From Catajapyx aquilonaris (lineage: Eukaryota): a DNA stretch of 64,000 nt. Shown here in pieces: positions 54,223 through 64,000 of this stretch. The notes under the pieces were generated by a model. The model ran no database searches and had not been told where the DNA came from. It saw only the letters and a list, made by a program, of their open reading frames with translations. The position numbers and the translations under genes were made by a program. The stretch lies in the NCBI GenBank assembly GCA_000934665.2, contig KZ538344.1, positions 1-64,000 of the forward strand. Reading direction: 5' to 3'. The first letter of the stretch is position 1. Each line of letters starts with the position of its first letter.

Positions 54223-54832
54223 AACTGCTTAAACTACTCGTAAGCAGCTTAGTGTAAAAAGTAATAATGATTACGGGCAATTCATTGAAGCCCACTGTAT
54301 ATACATTGAGGAACCTAATTTTCAAAAATACTATGTCCCTAAACTGGATAAGCTTAGACTTGAAAAGCAAATATAATTTATGTTTAGCGGATTGAACATG
54401 TCACAAATATTTTTCTTCAATCTTGAACTTGGGAATAATTATTTATTATGATATGCAGAATTCCAACTGATCACCAGACCTTGTGAAGAAATGCTAAGGT
54501 GCAGGTGTATTCCTTCAATTTCATTGATTCGTTTTCCAGAAATTAGATGTTGCGTAATTATGCACTTTCTTTACTGGCCTATTTTAAAAAACAGTTTCCA
54601 AACTACAAATCGTCAATTTTTTGCAATTTGTACCTCATGGGGGTGTCGGCCTGTTTCAAATATACTAAAATAATTTGAGGTCTTGTTCTAGGAGGAGTCC
54701 AAGGAGGTGGAAGAAAACGAGGAGGACGGTATACTCCGAGAAATAAGAATGACGAGCCAGAGGCCTCAAGCAGCTTACCAGTCTTCTGAATAAAAAATGT
54801 ACCGGTACCAGAAGAAGAATAGCATTCTTGTA

Positions 54833-55077
54833 CAGGTCGTTCCAATTGGTGTGAAATTAGTGGTTAGCAATTATTTTTTGGCACTAACTAGCTAATTTTT
54901 AAGCAGGTACTTTGCATAGTCACTGGGAGTGGTTATCAAAAGTACCGGTATTAGCTTCTAAGAGATTGGCTAGATCATTCATCAGGCCTAATATTACAGC
55001 TAACATGCCTACTGTTGATAACCACTAAAAGTCACTATACTCAAAACTGCCTAAAAATAAGCAGCTTAGTGCCAAAA
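54833..55077. mobile_element. Older copy of the 25549 MITE family
   Basis: TA|CAGGTCGTTCCAATTG start; inverted blocks TTTTGGCACTAA/TTAGTGCCAAAA and AGTGGTTATCAA/TTGATAACCACT. Confidence 0.6.
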
Positions 55078-57415
55078 CGTCCTCACAAATTTAATTTAAT
55101 TTATGCCTTACAACCTATCTCACCCACATTTTCTCTGAAAACAGAGGATATGCCCCATAGCTCAAGCTGAGTTCTACCAACATACGTACACTGCCAGGGT
55201 ACAAAACCCAATCGTATCCCAACTATGCTCAAACTAATCTGAGTGACCTCGTAATCAGCCAGCATGGTTACACAATCATAGTTACAGGCTCGTTACAAAG
55301 CAGGCAAACTCTTTAATCACACAATCCGGACCAAGGGCAAACAGCATGGCCTCAACGTGACCACCAGGTTCAGAACTTCCCAATTTGTACCCTGCTGCAC
55401 CTGGCCCAGTTTACCCCTGACCAGAACCACGAACCTGAAAGAGTGACACCGCTCGACACGGGTCTCAGCCCCCATAGAAAAAAGGGGCCGACTAGGAGTC
55501 GGTCGTGGTTAAGTTATAATAGCAGGGGGTGTGCCAGCATCCAAAAGAATGGAGCCATGAAGATGAAAAGCTGGAGAGAGTAAAAAGGAGGGAAAAGTCG
55601 TGGCTCATTATTTGTGAGCAGAGCTACTCGGGCGCCTGCCTGTGCGATAATCGCCGGCTTCCCCCAATCACCTGTCCCATCGTGTGAGAATCCCCGATAA
55701 ATGATCGCCGCGCCCGGCCAAAAGATCGCACTGACCCCCACGTCTTTTTTTAGGACCGGTTTCACTCAAGAGTGGTACCGGTACGGGAGGCGGAGTCCCC
55801 TAATCACTTTATAATGGATTCCAAGCATACTGGCGGCGGGGCCCCTCTCTCTTCAAGCACGTAGGGTGCGAACAGATCTCTATCTGCTTGAATTACAGCC
55901 TCTAAATCAAAACGAATTGAAAGCCTCGATTCCATCTCTCCTTCCTTTTTTTTTGCGTTATGTAGAGCCTTTTGTCCGGTCCGCGGCGTTTACGGACCAA
56001 GTCCCACCCGCTAACTCGAACGTATATATACACGGTACGTAATTATATCTCGTTGCTTACCGTGATATGGCCTAGACTTTTTCGCAGTTTCACAGCTGGA
56101 TGTCTTTCACCTCCTGGAGCCTGGAACATACATAACGCAAAAATAGCCGCACCTCAGCCCCCCATGCTCTCTAACTGCGCTCTCCGCAGATTGTTATAGA
56201 TCACCTGTGCTGGAGACTTATCGCCTTTTCAGCGCCGCAATTACACGGCTGGGGACACCCTATGGTGTATCACTTACAAATTGGTGCTGATAAAAATGCC
56301 TTGTCCGCTCACTTGGCCTTTTGACGGCCCACTCGGACAAACAAATGGGGCAGGTCTGTAATCGCAGGCTTCCAGCCAACACTGGGGCCGGAATACAGAT
56401 ATACGGCCCACTGGGCAAGCATTTATTCTTATTTATTTGCCTTCAGCGCCATAACAAAAATTGAGACAAACCGGGACCGGTGTTAAATAAAATCTGCTGG
56501 AAGTCAAACATATGAAGGAGGTGCGCTTTGTAACGAGACGTGGCACCCAGTGCTTTCAGGATAACATTGCAGGCTGTCAACACACATATCGGCTTATCTA
56601 TGGTGTGACTTGCTCATGTCTCAACTCTTTTGTAGACGTATTACGAGAGCTGGGTAGGCAGCTCTACTGGGAAGGAATACAAATGAGACATGAAATGAGG
56701 AGTTATCAAACTAATATTGAATTTGAATTATTGCGAGAAAAATTGTGGGAAGTAGGCTAAGTGAAGATGGCAATTCAATAAGGACCCAAGTGAAATGTTC
56801 TGGAAGAGATCATGTACCAGATATGACAGTGGGAGTAGGCTCACAATTTTGTGGTTCATATAATATGAAATAAAGCCCCCAGAAGTACGAAGAAATATGC
56901 GATGTTTAGGCCTATAGTGCAGTCAACTTTTACCTAAGCAGTCTATTTTAACGTTCACACTGTCATTGGAGAGGTCTCTGATGAGATCTCCGGCATGAGC
57001 CATTCTGACTGAGCTAGGATTTTCTATTAGTCTCGTATATAGGTCACGCCAAAAATAATTTTGGGGTCGTTTTCTTTTAGGGTGGATGCTTCATTTCTTC
57101 CCTTTATTTATCTCATAACATGCCTATCATATAGTACGAGTTAATCTAGGGCCCATGCCTTCATTTCTTGTTGTTTCAGCATATTATGATCGTTGTTGGA
57201 TTGCTCTTTTAACTGTTCAAGGGTGATAAGGCTCTTCAGAATCGTAACACCTCATCTCTTTGCTACTCTTCCTTTCATAGGCAGTGATTAGGTAGTCCAC
57301 GGTGGCAAGGGTCCTATACTATAGAGACAAAATGCTTGGTCCCTACGAAACAACCAACCTATAGACTCATGCTTACATTATTATAAACATGTACCCAAAT
57401 TTTATATTAAAAGAC

Positions 57416-57469
57416 TAAACATACTGTATATTATATAATTATTATAATATATAATATACAGTATGTTTA
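57416..57469. repeat. AT-rich inverted repeat (22-bp arms, 10-bp loop)
   Basis: TAAACATACTGTATATTATATA and its exact reverse complement. Confidence 0.85.
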
Positions 57470-57642
57470 TATACTCTGTTGATTAATTGCATGAGTTGAG
57501 CTTTTTTGTTCTCTTGTTTTCTGAAGCAGAAGAATTGACGTCATTCATGACCTCCCTCTCCCTCTCCAGAAAACAAGAGAACAAAAAAAAAAGAGATACT
57601 GCTCCTTGCCCTCCTGAAGACATGTACATTCCCGCAGATTAA

Positions 57643-59364
57643 AGGTGCATTTACATATCGGCGACTGCGACTGCGACCACGACCCCGCGCCCGAGCGACG
57701 TCGCGGGGATGGTGTCGCCCAGCTGCTGGGGGCCCTGTCGCAGCGCTCTTTGGGGCACGACGTCGTGACAGCGTTCACGCAAGCAGTCGCCACGATTCCA
57801 TGCCCGAAAAAAAAGATGGAGGCTCCGCTGGCCTCCGCTGAGAACCGACCTTATCCCTCAAAGTATACAGGCTCGGAAGGGATATTCCGTCACAAACTTG
57901 GAACCGGACATCTGCTATGGTCAGGGGCCACCTCCATGGACGTTTGTAATAGTAAAAAGTTTTTAATGCAAGGCATCGCGAGGCAGGCAGGATGGCTGCG
58001 AGGTTCGAAATTGAATCCGGGGATATGTTGAATACGGTAGCCTACAGTATACGTTAAAATAACTGTTTGGAGGCATAATTCCAGAATGAAACCACTTTTG
58101 ATCATCTGATACAGTCACAGAAGAGTTTCATGGACGTTTATAATAAAAGGGGAGTTCAGTAGTTACAAAACACTTCATAAATGAGACAGATAAGTGTGCC
58201 GGGACTTTAGACATACGCCAGTACATGCGAGTAGCAGTGGAAAAAATGGGCAGCACATTTCTTTCAGGTAAATCAAAATGTGTGCAGTTTATCGCCGGTA
58301 TATTTGGGATGTGCGGACATATATGCAGCACGACGAGGCCGCAAAAACAGCATGGAACTAGCGTAGGTGACAGTATTTTTCACCGATTCGGAGAAGTTGT
58401 GGCAAATTGTCCACCAAAAATAAGGAAACTGCAATAAATGCAGCTAAACCGTGGTACTGTTTTTTTTCTTCGCATGTTGTGGTTGTGTTTAGGAAAATAA
58501 CCCCATATGCATTTTGGTCAGACATTTGAATGACGCATATTTTGCGAATTTGCATTTTTTGCATCTCCTTTTCCATTGCATGCTACCACGACTTATAAAA
58601 GCGTGCCTGTGTGCGTATGAATATTTTGGCTAGAGCATCACAAATTTCAATCAAATCGCCAAAAAATTACCTTTAGAACAACCGGTTGTATACTGTTAAC
58701 TCAATTCCGAAAATCTCCTACTATACATAGCCTATGTGGATTTGCGTTCACACTCGTACGCTGCAACCGTCAACTGAAAAAAAAATCAGTCCAAAGGTTT
58801 GAGTGGGATATCAAGTAACCATACAAAAATAATTTTGAGCAAATTCGGCTGCTTATATTCAGAGCTATCGTGAATATAGAGTAGACCGACGTAGGGCTAG
58901 CATTAATCAAGATACTGTTACCGAATTAAAATAATGCCCTTACAAAAATTCCATAATATTTTTGCACAGAGTGGGCAAATTCTCTCGAGTATGTTCGGCC
59001 GTTCGGCCAGCTGCGCGCTATATGGCCGGGATCAAATTTTCGAACTGGCCGGCTCTAACCCTACCCCACCCCTCCAGTTTGCGTCCCCCCTTCGTCTTCC
59101 TTCCTCAAGGCAGCGGTTCTATATTGGCCAAAAAATGGCCTACATGTGACTTTTGTCACCAGCGACCATGTGCTCGCCGTCGCAGGTATCTGGGTCTAGC
59201 CTCTAGCAGATCCTGGCGACGCGACGCGACGGGCACCAAATCTGTCGCTAGACGGCAACTCCGTCGCTGGGGGCACGCGTCGCGGATACGTGAACGCTCC
59301 GTTGCCAGTGACGGGGCACCGAATCGGTTCCTGGGCACGACATCGCGAATATGTGAATGCACAT
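57643..59364 (+). mobile_element. Non-autonomous PIF/Harbinger-type DNA transposon (1.7 kb)
   Basis: TAA|AGGTGCATTTACATAT...ATATGTGAATGCACAT|TAA: imperfect TIRs, 3-bp TAA TSD, GC-rich subterminal CGAC/GTCG repeats at both ends, internal MADF-like remnants. Confidence 0.7.
57914..58485 (+). pseudogene. Decayed MADF (Myb/SANT-like) DNA-binding frame of the Harbinger element
   Basis: Frameshifted pieces AMVRGH / (W)DVCNSKKF..GIARQAGWL / DEAAKTAW / SVGDS / KPWYCF / MLWL follow the order of the MADF consensus. Recognised by eye, no HMM run. Confidence 0.45.
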
Positions 59365-59491
59365 TAAGAATTTGGTATGTCACCAGACGTTCTTAGGCCT
59401 CTCACGCCTGAAGCAGACATGATGGATGTTGATGGAGATTCAACCTCATCTGCTTGATCTTTCGGCGACAGCTGCCCAACACCATCAAATA

Positions 59492-59608
59492 CAGTAAAAC
59501 CTGATATAACGCTCTTCAAGGGACCGCCCAAAAGCAGAGTTATAAGCGGGATAACGTTTATATATATGAGGGAGCGTTAGACTATATCGAGGTTTTACTC
59601 ATTTACTG
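59492..59608. mobile_element. Short pogo/Tigger-like MITE
   Basis: TA|CAGTAAAACCTGATATAACG...TATATCGAGGTTTTACT(CATTTACTG)|TA. Confidence 0.6.
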
Positions 59609-62600
59609 TATAATGATTAACATTTTGCAGAGATATCTTTTGGACTATCATCGCGGCTTAAAATCAATGATATGCCATTTGACAACAAGGTGTCATAACT
59701 TAGGAGCGTTACTCAAGTCAATTTTCTGAAAAATAATAGGCTCTTAGAGAAATGCTTGAAACAAAAAATTACCCTCTAATGTGTTTCCGATCGTTCTGCA
59801 TTTCAGTTCATCAAAAGTTTTGGCATGTGATGTGCCAATGCGCCACACCTATATACACAGTGTACAATAAAACCAACGCCATCACGCGTCATTTCCTTAA
59901 AAGGAGTAGTCAGTGATGAAACAAGAGATGCAAACAAACACACGCATGTGGACACACAGTCTACATCCTCGTACAGATATCACAATCCGTCCACCATCTG
60001 CTAGAACATGTCCTGGTCTGCACCTCTGAAATTGGGCCCTTGTTGATGTATATGCAAGATCTTCGGCCCGTTTCAAAGCAGAGGAAGAGGCGTGGTCCTC
60101 TGTGCAGGATGGAATGGATAGAGGAGACTGCAGGATGGCCTCTCATAGCCTGGAGGAGCTCCAGTCAACGTGGGAGGAACTTGTCACGTGCTGTACTTTA
60201 CTCGATGCCCTGTCTTGAGAGTAGGCCTTTCAGGTCATTGTAGTCACGGCGGATCCGTCTTGCATTATTGTGTCCCTCTTCAGCAAACTTCCAATGGTGT
60301 GCCGGTGCCGGTATCCTTTATTTTCGGAGCCCAACCGATCTGAGAGTTGTGCTTCCATAGCTGGGACATTTTGGAATAGGCTGGAGATATCAAAGGTGCT
60401 TGTGGGTGTTTACAAAAAAAACTACAGCAATGCTTATTGTTGTGAGAAAAGGCATTCTCTTCAACAATATTGCTTTTCGGCATCAGTGTATAATTTATTA
60501 TTCTCTCCCACTATTACCGGTATTCGATACTACCCGCAGATCATGCAGAAACCTGAGGCTGGTGATGTAGGCCTATACAAACCGGAACACTATCCAGGTA
60601 TACACATACAGTCCCACAATTCCACAATGGATGCAGGAGTTAGGTAAGGTATAGGTAAGTTATGTATTGCTTTTCCTCCAGCAGCAGCAATCACAAGTGA
60701 ATGTGGCCAATATTGCTGCTAAAACAGCACAATTTTGTTTGCGTGTTGCCGAGTTACTTGACACATGAAGTCAGAATAGCCTACCAATTTTCAGTCATAT
60801 TAGGTCAAATTTATTATCCTCACATACCGTATATCATGAGCGCAAAAAGGTGTCTGCTGGGTCTCGAAAAAAAATAATGAGTATTATATTTATTGAATAT
60901 GGGAATCTAATGAAAGCAAATCTGTTGGTAAAGAACCATGCATAATTATGTCACTGGAAGAGAGTAATGTAAAACCGAGGCAATGCATACATATTGGGGT
61001 CACATTATTTAGGGCATCTACAGTGCATATGACAGTAGCTAGGTAAAGTATGGGGGTATTATTTAGTAGTTGAATATTAGTGCCCAAACCTCTCCATGGG
61101 TTACCAGCTATACTAATGGTATAGCTAGGGTTAATAAAATGTGTCATAAAAATATTAACCCCCCAATGTGACTTAAAATAACGGTCTCCCATTACCCTCC
61201 CTCGTACTACTGTGTTGTTGAGTCACGTCACGCCATGTATATAAAAGGTATTTATAAGAGCGTTAAAGTCGTTCTTCTCTTACTTTTCGTTTATATTAAA
61301 TAGCTGTCTGTAAGGTAGCCACTAATTAAGTGCAATAAGCTATAACTTCTACCAATAAGTTTTGTCATATTGATAATGTATTTTCAATATCGCTATAGAT
61401 CCTGCCGGGAATTTACTAACTAGGGTTCATCATCCTGTCAGTTTTCGATAGCCCCGCCATCTTCCCTGCACCTCGATGATGACGAAAACTCGTTAGTAAT
61501 TCCGCAAAGAGAAATGCGGCAAAAAAAAGGGCAGAGGCTCGCAGTGACATTGGCTAAAAACATGCAGCGAGTTGGTGCAAACTTTTCCCTATTACTCCTC
61601 ATACATTTTTGATTGCCAGTTTGAACGCTCCGTGCCGTTGTAATCAAGCGATTTCATTTATTCAGCCGAACGCAGCTTCATCTAGAGCAGCAGAAGGGCG
61701 TGCTTCCTTACAAGCGTCTTTTGATGACGACCTCGTTAAAGTACAGCGAATAGAGGGAGAGGGGGATTTGCATGAAATTTATCCCTGATCCTCCTCATAC
61801 CGCCGAGTGGGTCTTCCAAACACCGTTCCATCGTCAAAACCGTCAACTTTTAATCAAGAATGATGGCGCAGCGAGGGTTGTCGTGATTAGATTGCAAGGG
61901 AGAGAATCACTTCATTTAATTGAGCGATTTCCTCTGGAAAGCTCGGCTTGTGCCTGAAAAGGTAACCAACTCTCTTGGTCGCCCTTTGCCCAAAATCAGA
62001 GATGGCTGGAGTATAGTCCAAGGTGTCACAAATCTCCATTAAATATGATTAGTTGATAACCTCTCCCCGGCATCGGATGTCATCCTCTCCCCATATTCTT
62101 ATTTATATTCTTCTAATTACCAGAGTTGTAGGGATTTTCATCTCCTCGAGAAGCTTCCAATCTTCTAAAATTACATCCAACTTTCCGTCGCCGTTGTGTC
62201 GTAAAACCTCATTTAATTTTAATTTTCTTTCGGCCGCGTTTCGTCTAATTCTATTCGTTTCCGGTAACGAGCTTTCATATGTAATCAAAATATGGCTCAC
62301 TGGAGATCCCTTGATCTTGCCCCAGTCCTTGCCACTACAACAACAAAGTAAATTACAGCAGTCCCCCAGGAATGCAAAGATGAAGAGCATCGTTAGAAGG
62401 AAGCAGCACTTGGAAATGGGCTTTACACAACTTGTACTTCAGTTATCATTAGTGCTGCTACAAGGAAAGCGCCACCTTGGAAATGACTAACCAAACTGCA
62501 CACTGTATATAAGCCTTGTGCTCCAGCCAGACTACATAATGCGCCCTATAATTTATGCGCCACCTCGCCTCGCTTCTTTGAATCCTCAGATGCAAATTTA

Positions 62601-62893
62601 TACACTAAATATAATTTGGCTCTTCTCCCTGCAAAACCACTGCATCCATTTTTTACACTGAATTCTTCTCTGGTTTGTGCTAACAGGTTGATTACAATGC
62701 AAGTGTTACACAATTTATTGTCACTCTACTAGTCCAGACGTGGGAATCTAAAATGTCACGTTTGTATGGCTCGTGAAATGGGCTCAGGTAATGTGTTTAT
62801 ATGACGCGGGAGTGCCACGTCAAGGTTAGCAAAAAAATGCACTTTATTCATCTTCGTTCCAATTGATACGAAAGTCATAATATACAGACAGTA

Positions 62894-62947
<54 letters not shown>

Positions 62948-62992
62948 CATCATCATCATCATCATTATTATTATCATTAATAATCATAGTTG

Positions 62993-63077
<85 letters not shown>

Positions 63078-63301
63078 CATCATTAATAATCATAGTTGTT
63101 ATTATTATTGTTGTTGTTATTATTATTATTATTATCATTAATAATCATAGTTGTTATTATTATTATTGTTATTATTATTGTTGTTGTTATTATTATTATT
63201 GTTATTATTATTGTTGTTGTTATTATTATTATTGTTATTATTATTGTTGTTGTTATTATTATTATTGTTATTATTATTATTATTATTATTGTTATTATTA
63301 T
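62894..63301. repeat. Compound (ATT)n/(ATC)n/(GTT)n microsatellite with higher-order units
   Basis: Directly visible; explains the poly-I/L/N/Y ORFs. Confidence 0.95.
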
Positions 63302-63861
63302 ACGCTCTGACAATCCCTGACATAATGAAAAACCAATGATGGTAGTTTCTATCCATTTACATGGCTTCCCCAATAAAGCTGCGTAATTTATTCGCTTCAA
63401 GTTTCATAACAGTCTAACGGTACTTTGCTGATGAATAAGCAAAGAAATTACAGGCGATCAGGACACACACAAAAAACCATTCCCTGTAAATCATGGGTGG
63501 TTGCCACACAAAGACTTGCTCAGTCCTAGAGAGAAAGTAGGTGTGAAGGCAATCCAGAAATTCCGTCACGAAAATACGTCCACATAAATATCACGCCATC
63601 CCCCCTCCCCCAAAAAAAGGATAAAATAAAATAAAATAAATAAATAAAATGAAGATAGTAGAGTGCAACACACTTTGAGATGCAGGGTCCTGAAAGAAAG
63701 AGGCATCGAATTGGAATAAGCAGCAAGCCATACGTTAGACCAGCAATAATAGCCCCATAAACCGAAACCTGTACACTTCAGCCATAAAACCAGGAGAATA
63801 TTGGATGACGACGGGGGTGAATTTCAAGAATGGATCCTGGAAGTATAGCAACAAGCCCCCC

Positions 63862-63867
63862 NNNNNN
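63862..63867. other. Ambiguous bases (N) inside a poly-C run; single N also at 39979
   Basis: Ns in the sequence. Confidence 0.95.
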
Positions 63868-64000
63868 CCCCCCCCCCCCCCCCCCTCATTGATATATGGA
63901 ACATGGCTGGCCCCTGTGACGTACGTGACGAGGCTTATTTCGCTCCTGGCAACAGGGAGCCGGCCATAAAACGCCGCCGTAGAGATATGCTCATCTATAA

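Noticed and set aside
9803..62746. Scattered Su(H)/CSL-like GTGGGAA sites
   Set aside because: About a dozen in 64 kb, no paired or clustered arrangement; close to chance expectation.
62756..63400. Poly-I/L/N/Y ORFs
   Set aside because: Microsatellite translations.
22624..64000. A tandem second Unc-4 paralogue (as with Drosophila OdsH)
   Set aside because: No second homeobox fragment found by eye on either strand or in the ORF track.
1..64000. CRISPR array or prokaryotic defence/operon system
   Set aside because: No repeat-spacer arrays or dense ORFs; the sequence is intron-containing animal DNA.

Overview
AT-rich animal genomic DNA, probably arthropod given the Unc-4 protein motifs. No prokaryotic features, CRISPR arrays, rRNA or intact tRNA genes are visible. 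The only supportable protein-coding gene is a + strand Unc-4/Uncx paired-like (Q50) homeobox gene. Its coding exons are 12319-12485 and 21925-22623, separated by a 9.4-kb phase-0 intron at homeodomain position 46/47, and the protein has a C-terminal eh1 motif. A short first coding exon probably lies near 4.7 kb, behind a CCAAT-rich promoter-like region. The ~41 kb downstream has no recognisable host gene and carries many small mobile elements: five copies of a tRNA-Arg-like SINE family, many TA-flanked Tc1/mariner/pogo-type MITEs and fold-back elements, a 1.7-kb PIF/Harbinger derivative with a decayed MADF-like frame, and microsatellites. The best leads are: (1) SINE copies that share a head but carry different 3' tails, with a tail stem-loop conserved in structure but not sequence; (2) an in-frame 111-bp candidate cassette exon that would split homeodomain helix 3; (3) a duplicated, block-conserved non-coding module at 34.2/36.1 kb. 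I cannot claim a new biological system from sequence alone. Most ORFs in the supplied track look spurious.
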